DNA of 64,000 bases, taken from positions 214,127 to 278,126 of the IMG/VR virus record IMGVR_UViG_3300047510_001118; one strand, given 5' to 3'. The position numbers were made by a program, and so were the translations under genes. Shown in pieces: positions 28,675 to 39,085 of this stretch (the stretch's first letter is position 1; every line of letters starts with the position of its first letter). Under the pieces are notes generated by a model that was not told the DNA's origin, did not search any database, and saw only the letters and a program-made list of their open reading frames with translations.

Positions 28675-30975
28675 ATGGCATATCAAGTTAGATACACCGA
28701 TTCAACAAATTTAGATAAACCAGCATTGACGGTAGAAGACAATACTATCAATGCCACGACTAGTATTCAGTTTCCTGGTAGAAATATTACAGGTTACGGA
28801 ACAATTATAGCAGAAAATTTTCTTCACATACTAGAAAATTTTGCCAACGATAGTGCTCCAGTTAGCCCAATAGAAGGCCAACTATGGTATGATAACACAG
28901 CCGGAGTTAATCAATTAAAAGTCTATGATGGCACAAGTTGGAGTTCAGCAGGCGGACTAAAGAAGGGTAACTCGGAACCAGATTTAAACAGCAGTTTACC
29001 AGGAGACCTTTGGGTAAACACAGATACTCAACAATTATATCTATACACAGGTTCGGGTTGGATTTTAGTTGGTCCAAGATTTAGTTCGGGATCACGTACA
29101 GGCGCCGAGCCAGAGTTTATTGAAGATACTCTCAGTAACGAACAGGCAGTAGTTAGCAATTATGTTAACGGTGTTCGTGTAGCAATTATAAGTAACACAG
29201 AATTTACACCTAAAGTTTTAATTCCAGGATTTACAAAAATTAATCCTGGCGTTACTTTAAATTCAAATTATAACACATATTTTGGAGTAGCAGAAAAAGC
29301 CAGTGCGCTGTTAGTTGGAACCACAACAGTTGATGCTAGTAATTTTTTAAGAGGCGATGCAACAAGTAATACTAACTTTCCATTAAATGTTAGAAATGCT
29401 AACGGAATGTCTGTTGGTGAAGATACACAGTTAAACATAGGTATTGACGGAGCAGCCGGTGTAATTTTTCACAAAACTTCTGGCAGTAACTTAGATATTC
29501 GTATGAATAACAACGGTTCAATCCGTACAGTTATTCGAGTTGACAGCTCAGAACGTGTGGGTATTAACAATCCTAATCCGCAAACAGATCTTGATGTTGG
29601 GGGATCTATTACAGCATCTGGATCTATTAGTGCTACCGGAACAGAAGAGTCTACTTCAGTATCAACAGGTAGTGGTATATTTGGCGGTGGCGTAGGTATT
29701 GCTGGCAACTTAAATGTTGGCGGAGGAGTCTCGTTTGGTGGTGATGTTCGTATAGCAACTAATTTACTACCTGATGTTGATAACGGTGCGGTCATCGGCG
29801 GCCCTGATCTTAAGATTAGCAGAATTTATGCTTCAAGGGTAGACGGCGATGTATATGGTAATGTGTTTGGGACATTAACAGGAAACACAACAGGTAGTTC
29901 AACTAAGTTGGCTAGTCCTACAATTTTTGACCTAGACGGTGACATAACCAGTAACGAAGTTGAATTTGACGGACAGACAGGCACCCCTACTTTAAATACA
30001 CTGTCGGCATCAGGCGACGGTGTTACAGCAAGATTAACATTTACGGCACAAACAGTGGCACCGTTCCCAACAGGATCACAGATTATTGTTTCTGGTATTG
30101 CTCCTACAGGATATCGAGGCACTTATACAGTCACAGAAGGCGGCCTCGATTATGTTGAATACGCTAATATCACAGTAGGGTCACAAACTACTGTGGGTAG
30201 TATTTCTAGATTTGGTATAAGTGGAAATAGAAAAAGATTTTTTACAAGACTAAGCGAATCATTTATCGCAGATAAACCAGAAGCAGAAGGTGTACAGGAA
30301 AACGACACCTTTGTAGTTAGTCGTGGCGCCGAAGGTTTAAAGAAAATGTCTAAGTCGCAGTTGTTTGGTGCGATTCCTAAAACGCCTGCGGGTGTATTGT
30401 TACCATTTGCGGGTTTAAATGCTCCTATTAATTGGTTGCTGTGTGATGGTGCTGAAGTACCAATTTCATCGTATCCCGAATTGTTTGACGCCATTGGTTA
30501 TCAATTTGGAGATATTGCCACTCTTCAAGGCCTCGGTACATTTAAATTACCAGACATGAGGGGTAGAATGGCATTGGGTCTAGATAACATGGACAATGAC
30601 ATTAAAGTTCCAAATAAATTAGATCCAACAAATCAGATTAAAACTAGCGGTGGCCCAGCAAATAGGGTTACTGCTCCGGAAGCAGACAGTGTTGGTTTGT
30701 CTTCTGGTTCAGAATCGAGATTAGTAGACCAATCGCAGATTCCAAATCACGTACACGATATGAAAGGTTCTGATGAGAACCAATACTATGCGTTTAGAAA
30801 TGTCCCAGGAGCACCAACAGATACAGATGCTATTTCTGGAGAGGGTTCTACAGTAACAGCAAGAGGTCAATATTTGTTAAACAGCGGTGGAATACAAGAT
30901 TACACTACACAAAGTCCTCTAAATGTTATGAATCCTTATCTTTCTATAAACTATATTATCTACACCGGAAAATAA
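28675..30975 (+). CDS. Tail fibre 1 with C-terminal phage tail collar domain
   Basis: Shared N-terminus (ENF..LENFA...GQLWYD); PAGVLLPFAG..AP..WLLCDGA..YPELFDAIG...FKLPDMRGR collar motif; NPYLSINYII end. Confidence 0.85.
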   Translation: MAYQVRYTDSTNLDKPALTVEDNTINATTSIQFPGRNITGYGTIIAENFLHILENFANDSAPVSPIEGQLWYDNTAGVNQLKVYDGTSWSSAGGLKKGNSEPDLNSSLPGDLWVNTDTQQLYLYTGSGWILVGPRFSSGSRTGAEPEFIEDTLSNEQAVVSNYVNGVRVAIISNTEFTPKVLIPGFTKINPGVTLNSNYNTYFGVAEKASALLVGTTTVDASNFLRGDATSNTNFPLNVRNANGMSVGEDTQLNIGIDGAAGVIFHKTSGSNLDIRMNNNGSIRTVIRVDSSERVGINNPNPQTDLDVGGSITASGSISATGTEESTSVSTGSGIFGGGVGIAGNLNVGGGVSFGGDVRIATNLLPDVDNGAVIGGPDLKISRIYASRVDGDVYGNVFGTLTGNTTGSSTKLASPTIFDLDGDITSNEVEFDGQTGTPTLNTLSASGDGVTARLTFTAQTVAPFPTGSQIIVSGIAPTGYRGTYTVTEGGLDYVEYANITVGSQTTVGSISRFGISGNRKRFFTRLSESFIADKPEAEGVQENDTFVVSRGAEGLKKMSKSQLFGAIPKTPAGVLLPFAGLNAPINWLLCDGAEVPISSYPELFDAIGYQFGDIATLQGLGTFKLPDMRGRMALGLDNMDNDIKVPNKLDPTNQIKTSGGPANRVTAPEADSVGLSSGSESRLVDQSQIPNHVHDMKGSDENQYYAFRNVPGAPTDTDAISGEGSTVTARGQYLLNSGGIQDYTTQSPLNVMNPYLSINYIIYTGK

Positions 30976-30979
30976 GAAC

Positions 30980-33022
30980 ATGACCTATAGAATTAATAAA
31001 ACAGACGGAAATCAATTAGTAGATTTGCCTGACGGTACCTTTGATACCGATACAACATCTATTACATTAATAGGTAGGAATGTTACTAGTTTTGGTGAAG
31101 CAATTAACGAAAATTTAGTAAAACTTTTAGAAAATTTTGCCAGTGCCAGTGCTCCTGAAAATGCTCTTAAGGGTCAACTATGGTATGATACAGGATCTGG
31201 AAGATTAAATGTTTACGATGGAAATACTTTTAGATCTGCCGGTGGCCCGGTTATTAGTCCAAGAACACCTCAGGATTTAGTTGCTGGAGACCTATGGTTA
31301 AACAATGATACAAATCAACTTTGGTTTTATGATGGTTCAGACTTAGTATTAGCAGGGCCAATATATACAAATCAGCAAGGAACTACCGGATTTGTTGTAG
31401 AAACAATACTTGATAATTTTAATAGAAGTCATGTAATTTCAAAATTAGTTGTTTCTAATGTGTTACTTGGAATTTTTAGTCGAGATCAATTTACTCCAGC
31501 ATTGCCTATAGCAGGATACTCAACAGCAATTAAAGAAATAAAAATAGGATTCAACGCTGCCGAACTAGCAAACATGAAGTTTGATGTTACTGTTACTAAA
31601 ACAGAAAATATTTTAACAGATGCCGGCGAATTAAAAAATGCTGCACAGATTGTGTATAATGACGAAGACGGTACAATCTTAGGCAGTTTAGTTTTACAAT
31701 CTAACAATGGTATCTCGTTTGGTGCTCCGCCAGTTGTTGATATGAAGATTGCCAATGATAAGTTTGTTATAGAACAAACACAAACTGGTCAGCCATTTGC
31801 ACTAAAAACTAAAACACCTACAGGAACACGAGAAGCGATATCAGTTGATGCTGTTAATTCTCGAGTAGGATTTTGGACTGAAACTCCTCAAGCAGATGTA
31901 GATATACAGGGAAATTTAAGAGTTGCTGGTGACATAATAGTTGGCGGTGAAACTGCTACAATCAATGTTACAGTATTACAAGTAGAAGATAAGAATATTG
32001 TATTAGGTAATACTCCTCAGACTCCAACTGATACAGCAGCCGATGGCGGCGGAATTACATTATTAGGTGATACAGATAAAACTCTAGAGTGGAAAAACAA
32101 TAGTGACTCGTGGACTAGCAGTGAAAATTTTGATTTAGCCGCAACTAAGGTTTATAAAATTAACACTACAGAAGTTTTAAGCATAGACGAGTTGGGTCCA
32201 ACAGTACTAACATCAAATTTACAAAATTTAGGTAATTTAAATGAAATTAATATGGCAGGTGGAACATCTGCTATTAGAATAGAAACTAATGAAATATCTA
32301 CAGGTATTGTTGATCTAGTATTACGCCCAATTGGTCCAGGTACTAATGTAAGTGTAAGTAACAAACGAGTTATTAATCTAGCAAATCCAGTAGGTGAGCA
32401 AGATGCTACTACTAAATCGTATGTAGACACAGCAGTTTATCTACGTGGTATTGGTATGAGTATGGATATTACTTCGCCAACTGTTCCCGGAACAGCCATG
32501 GATAATCCTGAAATTGCTATTATTTTAAATGCCATTGTTCCTTTTTATGATCCTATAACAGCACCATTTGGTGTTGCTGTTAACGGAACAAGATTAAGAC
32601 TACATGGAACTTATTCAACAGTAACTAACTCTACAGTTTCTTATACACCGCAAGAAGACGTTGGCAGCGGCGGCGATTTTTCTCGTGTAGTAGTATATAC
32701 AGCAGTTTTTCAAGGGTCTATAGCAAGTACTACTTTAACTGTTTCTAGCGTAATTGCTGGTAATATACAAGCAGGTATGTCTATAACAGGCCCAGGAATA
32801 TTAGCAGGAACTATAATTCTTTCGGGTTCAGGTTCTACTTGGACTGTAAATAACTCACAAGCAGTAGGACCAATAACAATAAACGGTAATACTTCGGTAA
32901 TTAGGGATATTTCAACAAGCCAAACGCTTGATGCGCCTATAGCAACAGTTACAGTAACCCGTGTAAACAAGTTGTTTATTATGACTAACGGCAGTTGGCT
33001 GTATACTGAACCGTTTGCATAA
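30980..33022 (+). CDS. Tail fibre 2 (paralogue)
   Basis: Same N-terminal module; VEDKNIVLG...ADGGGITL and NLANPVGEQDATTKSYVD fibre repeats. Confidence 0.8.
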   Translation: MTYRINKTDGNQLVDLPDGTFDTDTTSITLIGRNVTSFGEAINENLVKLLENFASASAPENALKGQLWYDTGSGRLNVYDGNTFRSAGGPVISPRTPQDLVAGDLWLNNDTNQLWFYDGSDLVLAGPIYTNQQGTTGFVVETILDNFNRSHVISKLVVSNVLLGIFSRDQFTPALPIAGYSTAIKEIKIGFNAAELANMKFDVTVTKTENILTDAGELKNAAQIVYNDEDGTILGSLVLQSNNGISFGAPPVVDMKIANDKFVIEQTQTGQPFALKTKTPTGTREAISVDAVNSRVGFWTETPQADVDIQGNLRVAGDIIVGGETATINVTVLQVEDKNIVLGNTPQTPTDTAADGGGITLLGDTDKTLEWKNNSDSWTSSENFDLAATKVYKINTTEVLSIDELGPTVLTSNLQNLGNLNEINMAGGTSAIRIETNEISTGIVDLVLRPIGPGTNVSVSNKRVINLANPVGEQDATTKSYVDTAVYLRGIGMSMDITSPTVPGTAMDNPEIAIILNAIVPFYDPITAPFGVAVNGTRLRLHGTYSTVTNSTVSYTPQEDVGSGGDFSRVVVYTAVFQGSIASTTLTVSSVIAGNIQAGMSITGPGILAGTIILSGSGSTWTVNNSQAVGPITINGNTSVIRDISTSQTLDAPIATVTVTRVNKLFIMTNGSWLYTEPFA

Positions 33023-33033
33023 TGGGCGAAGCG

Positions 33034-33040
33034 ATAAATA
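33034..33040 (+). promoter_or_regulatory. Late promoter ATAAATA
   Basis: Intergenic, 23 nt before ATG 33064, preceded by GCGAAGC (33026-32). Confidence 0.6.
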
Positions 33041-33063
33041 TTATAAATTAGGGGCTTTAGTAA

Positions 33064-35034
33064 ATGGCGTATACAATAAATCGATGGGACGGAACAGCAG
33101 TAGCAGTTATCGAAGACGGTACTGTTAACCAAAGTTTAGATGTTAAACTTATTGGTAAAAATTATGCTGGTTACGGCGAAATACAAAACGAAAATTTTTT
33201 ACATTTAACCGAAAATTTTGCTGGTTCAATATATCCAGCAAGTGCGATTCGCGGTCAATTATGGTATGACACAGCCAATAAAAAACTAAAAGTTCATACA
33301 GGTGACCTAGTAGGAGCAGTAAAACAATGGAAAACTATTGGTGGTGCCGATTACGGTATTACTGAACCTGCTTTTCCAAATAATGGTGACTTATGGTTTG
33401 ATACTACAAAAGACCAATTGAAGGTTAGAACTGGAGAAACTTGGTTATCCGTTGGTCCACAAAGTGCTGGCGCTGGTACTACACAGATGCTTAGTAAGCA
33501 AGTTCGTGGTTTTGGTATTGGAAGTACAACACCAGAAAACTTCTCAATTATTATTGCTACAATCAACGATGAACCAGTTTACATGATTTCTAGAATTGAT
33601 TTTACTCTAGATATCAGTGATGCTGATAGTAATATTCCAGGATTTAATAATGCTGGAGTATCTAATTTAGTTAAAACAGGTGTTACCCTAGCAAATACTA
33701 ATTCTGTCACTGGCATTAGCGGTGTTAACTCTGATCATTTATATTGGGGAACTTCTTCTAATGCTTTACGTTTAGGTGGCTTCTTAGCATCGGATTATGT
33801 ACGTTCAGGAAGTTCTTCATTTACTGCTACAGTTCGTTTTAGTGATGCGGGCTATACAGTCGGCGACAGCAACGATTTAGCAGTATTCATCGATGGCGGC
33901 ACAGAACCAATTATTCAAAATATCACTGGACCAAATATTACATTTAGAGTTCGTGACGGTGCTGACATTAAATCACCTTTATCAATTAATCCAACTGGAT
34001 TAATTCCTAGTGTTACTGAAACATTTAACATTGGTTCAAATATACGTAAATGGAAAGACATTTACGCTGAAAATTTATTTGGCATTGCCACACAAGCCAA
34101 CGAACTACGTGTAGGAACAGAATATAGAGTGGCATCAACTAGCGCAGGAGCAAACACCATTGCGGCTAGAGATGCCAGCGGAAATTTATCAGCCAATACA
34201 TTTAATGGTAATGCTACAAGTGCTACACGTTTAGCAACTATTAGAACAATTAACGGTGTTAATTTTGACGGTACTAACAATATCATAGTTGAAGATGCTA
34301 CTAAAGTTAGACTTGATGGCAGTACAATGACCGGTTTCCTTACATTAAGTGCCGATCCTACAAGTCCTTTACATGCCGCAACTAAGAATTATATCGATAA
34401 CAAGTTTGGTATTGGTGGCATTTTACAAGTATCCTTTGGTGGTACTGGTGCTACTACTGCTGAAAACGCTAGAACAAACTTAGACGTTCCTTCTAGATCG
34501 GGATCAGGAGCCACAGGAACTTGGGCTATTAATACTTCTGGTACAGCAGGAAATGCTTTGTTACTAGAAGGATTCGGTCAAACTACTGCGGCAGTCATTA
34601 ATACAGTTGCCAGAAGAGACGGCAGTGCTAATTTAACAGCCAACGTTTTTGTTGGTACTGCTACATCAGCACGTTACGCTGACTTAGCAGAAAAATATCT
34701 AACAGATAATGACTACGAAGTTGGAACAGTGGTTATGATTGGCGGAGAAAAAGAAGTTACTGCCTGTACATTTGGCTCAAGAGCCGTCGGTGCGATTTCT
34801 GGAAACCCTGCTTATATGATGAACAGCGGCCTAGAAGGCGGACAATATGTTGCTCTAAAAGGTCGTGTTCCAGTTAAGGTAACAGGTAGTGTTAAGAAAG
34901 GTGATAGAATGATAGCCAGCAACGGGGGAGTTGCTATTGCAGGACAACATCATACTGCCGCTGATACTTTTGCTATTGCTTTAGAAAGTAATGATAATAC
35001 AGATATTAAACTAGTTGAGTGTTTAATTCTTTAA
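33064..35034 (+). CDS. Tail fibre 3 (paralogue) with putative C-terminal intramolecular chaperone/autoproteolytic domain
   Basis: Same N-terminal module; TATSARYADLAEKY...GAISGNPAYMMN...VALKGRVPVKV end. Confidence 0.8.
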   Translation: MAYTINRWDGTAVAVIEDGTVNQSLDVKLIGKNYAGYGEIQNENFLHLTENFAGSIYPASAIRGQLWYDTANKKLKVHTGDLVGAVKQWKTIGGADYGITEPAFPNNGDLWFDTTKDQLKVRTGETWLSVGPQSAGAGTTQMLSKQVRGFGIGSTTPENFSIIIATINDEPVYMISRIDFTLDISDADSNIPGFNNAGVSNLVKTGVTLANTNSVTGISGVNSDHLYWGTSSNALRLGGFLASDYVRSGSSSFTATVRFSDAGYTVGDSNDLAVFIDGGTEPIIQNITGPNITFRVRDGADIKSPLSINPTGLIPSVTETFNIGSNIRKWKDIYAENLFGIATQANELRVGTEYRVASTSAGANTIAARDASGNLSANTFNGNATSATRLATIRTINGVNFDGTNNIIVEDATKVRLDGSTMTGFLTLSADPTSPLHAATKNYIDNKFGIGGILQVSFGGTGATTAENARTNLDVPSRSGSGATGTWAINTSGTAGNALLLEGFGQTTAAVINTVARRDGSANLTANVFVGTATSARYADLAEKYLTDNDYEVGTVVMIGGEKEVTACTFGSRAVGAISGNPAYMMNSGLEGGQYVALKGRVPVKVTGSVKKGDRMIASNGGVAIAGQHHTAADTFAIALESNDNTDIKLVECLIL

Positions 35035-35858
35035 ACAGCCATATCTGCTTTAATAGCAGGATCTGGATTGTAATTATCTAATATAAAATCGTCGACTACA
35101 TAGTCGGCGATTTTTTTATTGACAGTCATAAACAGAGTCGGTAACTCTTTAGGTGTTCTTGATAATTGTTCTTTTACAGCATCAACGTGATTATTATAGA
35201 TATGACAATCACCACCGGTCCAAATAAAATCCCCAACCTTTAATTTGCATTCTCTAGCAATAATATGTGTAAGTAAACTGTAACTGGCAATGTTAAAAGG
35301 CACACCGAGAAACATATCGCAACTACGCTGATACATCTGGCAACTTAAATGCCCATCTGTAACATCAAATTGGCTCAATACATGACAGGGTGGTAGAGCC
35401 ATGTCTGAAAGTTCAGAAGGATTCCAAGCAGTTAAAATATGTCTACGTCCGCTAGGATCGTTTTTAATACCATCAATTAATTGTTGTATTTGATCAACAC
35501 CAAGAAAGTCCCTCCACTGTACTCCGTAGACACGACCAAGGTCGCCTTCATAGTGTGCTTTAGGTAACCAATAGTCTGCTTTAGCGTTAGCAGTCCATAT
35601 AGTTGTTTTTGATAAGTCTCTAGTACCATGTAGGATCTCCGCAAGTCGGCGTTCGTCACCGCTCCCCTCTAAGAACCAAAGAAGTTCCGAAACTACTGCT
35701 CGCCAGGCGAGCTTCTTAGTAGTAACGGCTGGGAAGCCTTCTTGCAGATTAAAACGCATTTGATAACCAAATACGCTACGGGTTCCTACGCCCGTCCTAT
35801 CAGTCTTGCTTTTTCCGTTTTCTAGAATGTGTTGTAGTGCTTGATGATATTGTTTCAT
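35031..35858 (-). CDS. thyA: Thymidylate synthase
   Basis: DRTGVGT, TTKKL, ELLWFL, ALPPCH, YQRSCD..LGVPFNIASY motifs. Confidence 0.97.
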   Translation of the reverse strand: MKQYHQALQHILENGKSKTDRTGVGTRSVFGYQMRFNLQEGFPAVTTKKLAWRAVVSELLWFLEGSGDERRLAEILHGTRDLSKTTIWTANAKADYWLPKAHYEGDLGRVYGVQWRDFLGVDQIQQLIDGIKNDPSGRRHILTAWNPSELSDMALPPCHVLSQFDVTDGHLSCQMYQRSCDMFLGVPFNIASYSLLTHIIARECKLKVGDFIWTGGDCHIYNNHVDAVKEQLSRTPKELPTLFMTVNKKIADYVVDDFILDNYNPDPAIKADMAV

Positions 35859-36333
35859 TGTTATATTCTTCTACGATACATGAACCAAGGTTGGTGGTGT
35901 TTGTTAAAGTCATTCCTGTTAAAAATTCATCGATGTTTATTTTAACATCATTAAAATATTCTCCAGGGACTCGAGTCAAATAAACTTTATCTAATACTGG
36001 TTTACTTTGTATTAATAAGTTAGGCCCGCCTATTATAAAAACTTTTTGTTTTTTATCTTGATATATGATTGATTTTAATGCTTCGCAAACATCACCACGA
36101 ACTTGCTCAATGTCGTCACATTCAAAAAAATTGTTTGTAAAAACTACATTGTGTCTGCCTGGTAAAGGTTTTGGCATATCATTACTTTCCCATGTACGCT
36201 TGCCCATTACAACAACATGACCTTGAGTTAATGTTTTAAACCATTTCATGTCGTCTTTATTATGTGGCCACGGAATACAACCTTTCCAACCCATGCTTCC
36301 TATGTCGTCAATTGCAAATACGGCTGCTATCAT
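35800..36333 (-). CDS. folA: Dihydrofolate reductase
   Basis: IPWPHNKDDMKWFK, VVMGKRTWES..KPLPGRHNVV, IIGG motifs. Confidence 0.93.
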   Translation of the reverse strand: MIAAVFAIDDIGSMGWKGCIPWPHNKDDMKWFKTLTQGHVVVMGKRTWESNDMPKPLPGRHNVVFTNNFFECDDIEQVRGDVCEALKSIIYQDKKQKVFIIGGPNLLIQSKPVLDKVYLTRVPGEYFNDVKINIDEFLTGMTLTNTTNLGSCIVEEYNNETISSSTTTHSRKRKKQD

Positions 36334-36647
36334 TTTTGTTTTGGCTTTTTAAGAAAATTTTTTGTTTTTTTAATTATATCTTTCTTAACCCGATCAACAT
36401 CTAACCTAAAATCAATATGTTCTATTGATTCTTCGTAGTTACCGATTAATTCTTGTAGATGTTGATCAAGATCTTGAATACCATTTTTTCTAGCATGAGC
36501 GGCAATGTTTAAATCCCATACTTTACCATCTGAAAAAATGATTCGCATGGAGTGCAAATACTCTAACGGTACTGCTTTAACATCTACATCACTAAAAATT
36601 TCTGGCCATTGATCTACTACATCTTTAGGCAGAGATTTTTTCTTCAC
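36330..36647 (-). CDS. Hypothetical phage protein
   Basis: 105-aa ORF with 4-nt overlaps to both neighbours. Confidence 0.7.
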   Translation of the reverse strand: MKKKSLPKDVVDQWPEIFSDVDVKAVPLEYLHSMRIIFSDGKVWDLNIAAHARKNGIQDLDQHLQELIGNYEESIEHIDFRLDVDRVKKDIIKKTKNFLKKPKQK

Positions 36648-37285
36648 GCTTCAACGTTGGCTTTTTTTGTCTTTGCTGGAGCAAGTTTTTCTGCTTCGGC
36701 ACGTAAACGTGCGGCTTCTTTATAAAGACGATCAGCATCGCTACGCATTTTTCTAGCCAAATCTTCGTCAGTTAGCGGAGCATCAATTTTAGCAACTTGA
36801 CTTTCTGCTACAACATTTGATTTAGTAGTATCGCTGATATCTCTAACTTGTGCCACTTCTTCGACTACTGGCTCAGTTAATGACTGAGCACTTGATCCAT
36901 TACCTAGAGCAAGGTCGTTAACGCTAATACCTCTCTGTTCAGCAATAACTTGATTTAATTGATCAAGGCCGATTGTAGTCTGCATGTTTGGAATCATTTC
37001 TACAGTCGATGTTTTAACTTTAACTAATTTAGAATTAAAGTGTAAACTTGATAACATTACACTGCCGTCGGAGAATCTAGACCTTGCCAACACTTCAGCA
37101 AACTCATATGAGTTTTGTCCAGCCGGACTTTCAACTAACGTAATTATAGCATCGTGTTGTTCCGGAGTCAGAGCCTCTGTTTGAATAATTAGGGCAGAGT
37201 CACTTTCACCGGGTAAGGTTCTATAAGCAACTAGAACTTTACGACCGGTTGATTTGATTCTTCCGATATGTTTTAAATTAGCCAT
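36644..37285 (-). CDS. Hypothetical phage protein, C-terminal coiled coil
   Basis: 213-aa ORF in operon. Confidence 0.75.
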   Translation of the reverse strand: MANLKHIGRIKSTGRKVLVAYRTLPGESDSALIIQTEALTPEQHDAIITLVESPAGQNSYEFAEVLARSRFSDGSVMLSSLHFNSKLVKVKTSTVEMIPNMQTTIGLDQLNQVIAEQRGISVNDLALGNGSSAQSLTEPVVEEVAQVRDISDTTKSNVVAESQVAKIDAPLTDEDLARKMRSDADRLYKEAARLRAEAEKLAPAKTKKANVEA

Positions 37286-37286
37286 T

Positions 37287-37511
37287 TTATTTTTGTCCTT
37301 TGTTGACGCTCTCTAAGAATGTATTCAACTTATTATAAGTTGCGCCCACAGCAGTCATTTCAGCCGGTTTAAATGCGCCTCTCTGTGCGGCAATATCAAT
37401 AATGCTACGAAGCATATTGAGGTCTTGTACAGTTAGATCAGCACTTGGCTGTTGTTGCTCCGGTGTTTCCGGATTAGCAATTACTTCTTTAGTTTCGGTG
37501 TTTTCAGTCAT
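37287..37511 (-). CDS. Hypothetical protein (start refined to MTENTE)
   Basis: SD AAAGGAG before ATG 37511. Confidence 0.7.
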   Translation of the reverse strand: MTENTETKEVIANPETPEQQQPSADLTVQDLNMLRSIIDIAAQRGAFKPAEMTAVGATYNKLNTFLESVNKGQK

Positions 37512-37543
37512 AGTTATACTCCTTTGTGCTATTATATATGCTG

Positions 37544-37822
37544 TTAATGATTTGTGTACTTTAAATGTGAGCAAGCCAGTAAAAAGAAACTAAGCTCTTT
37601 TGGCTCTTCAAAACCAATTTTAGTTTTAATTTGAAATTGGTTATTCTCTAATGTTAGCGTTTCTCCAATATAAAATCTATACCGAAGATTTTCGTAAACC
37701 CATTCTCTAATTGCTTCAGTTAAATTGTACTTAACATCCAAATAATGATAATGAAAATAGGGAGGCGGATCTGGCACCTCCCTACAATCCAAAACATTTA
37801 GCGGATTAATCTTACGATTCAA
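37544..37822 (-). CDS. Hypothetical phage protein
   Basis: 92-aa ORF overlapping the VWA gene stop. Confidence 0.65.
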   Translation of the reverse strand: MNRKINPLNVLDCREVPDPPPYFHYHYLDVKYNLTEAIREWVYENLRYRFYIGETLTLENNQFQIKTKIGFEEPKELSFFLLACSHLKYTNH

Positions 37823-38991
37823 TTTTTTCCTTCGTAATACGCATAAGAACCAAATGGTGGAACAACAGTGTCGTTACCGTGAATGATAAAGATTGTATCA
37901 CAGTAATCTTCGTCACCCCAACTGTCCCAAGGATAGCCATCTGTAAACATGATGAACTTTTTAGGAACAATGTCATGTTCTTTCATATATTCCCAATTAC
38001 AGGTAAAGTCAGTGCCGCCACCGCCCATAACTTCGTAGTCGTTGATTTGATCTGCTGAGTATCCGTCAAAATCTTGTTCGTTATATACACGAGTATCAAA
38101 GCACCAAACTTTCATGTTAAAGTCTTTGAACTCTTCCATAATACCTTTGATTTCACTCATAAAATCTGAGGCTTGATCGTCACCAATAGAACCTGACATA
38201 TCAATACCAATACAAATATCAATAGTAGTATCAAAGTTACAACCTGGTATAATTGCTCCAGTCATTTGACCTTTGCGGCTAGGACGACTCCAACTAAAGT
38301 CATTCTTAATTGTGCTTTGGATTTGTTGACGTAGTAACTCACGCCAATTCATCTTAGGCTCAGTCATTTCTTTAATCATTCGAGCAATTTCCCCAGGCAC
38401 GTTACCTGCGCCTGCGGCCTGTGCGGCTTGGATCATTGCTTCTTTAATTTCGTCACGAATTTTCTTTAATTCTTCTTTAGAATATTTTGGACCATTTCCG
38501 TCACCGTCTTTGTCTGGATCCAAATGCTGATCCAAAAGTTCGCCTAATGCTGATAGTTGTTCTTCGTCATACTTGCTGTAAATTTCGTCATAGACTTGTT
38601 CAGCACTCCAGCCGTCATACTTACGATCATAGAAGAATTTAACAGGAGGATCATCGCCGATGCGTTCACGCTTCAATAGACCATTAACACAATAGTCAGC
38701 GGCAATATTCCAAACTTGTTTATCTCTGCCTTCGTTACGCATCATGTGATCGTAAACACAATGTAAGATTTCGTGAGCAACAACAAATTCGACTTGTCGC
38801 GGAGTCATCTTTTCAAAGAATTCTCTGTTAAAAAAGAAATTACGGAAATCAGTAGCGGCAGTAGGAAGCCAATCACTTGCGTCTACTAATTTCATACGAG
38901 TAGCCATATTACCAAAAAATGGATGACGTAGTAAAAGTCCTACTCTGGCTACAACAATTTTATCAATAATTGGATCTTGTGAATGCGACAT
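37819..38991 (-). CDS. VWA-domain protein with N-terminal HExxH metallopeptidase-like domain (DUF2201-like)
   Basis: AHEILH, WNIAADY..N, MIDAS DMSGS, GGGGTDF, FTDG. Confidence 0.88.
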   Translation of the reverse strand: MSHSQDPIIDKIVVARVGLLLRHPFFGNMATRMKLVDASDWLPTAATDFRNFFFNREFFEKMTPRQVEFVVAHEILHCVYDHMMRNEGRDKQVWNIAADYCVNGLLKRERIGDDPPVKFFYDRKYDGWSAEQVYDEIYSKYDEEQLSALGELLDQHLDPDKDGDGNGPKYSKEELKKIRDEIKEAMIQAAQAAGAGNVPGEIARMIKEMTEPKMNWRELLRQQIQSTIKNDFSWSRPSRKGQMTGAIIPGCNFDTTIDICIGIDMSGSIGDDQASDFMSEIKGIMEEFKDFNMKVWCFDTRVYNEQDFDGYSADQINDYEVMGGGGTDFTCNWEYMKEHDIVPKKFIMFTDGYPWDSWGDEDYCDTIFIIHGNDTVVPPFGSYAYYEGKN

Positions 38992-39021
38992 TTTGGCTCC
39001 GTTTGTTTACTGTATGTATAT

Positions 39022-39050
39022 ATTATACAATCGTTCTAAATTTTTGTCAA
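39022..39050 (-). promoter_or_regulatory. Sigma70 consensus promoter
   Basis: TTGACA-17 nt-TATAAT with TG extension. Confidence 0.88.
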
Positions 39051-39052
39051 GA

Positions 39053-39076
39053 CAAAGGCGCATTTCTGCGCCCTTG
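39053..39076 (-). terminator. Probable terminator hairpin after AAA+ gene
   Basis: CAAGGGCGCA-gaaa-TGCGCCTTTG; weak U tract. Confidence 0.55.
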
Positions 39077-39085
39077 TTTTTTAAA

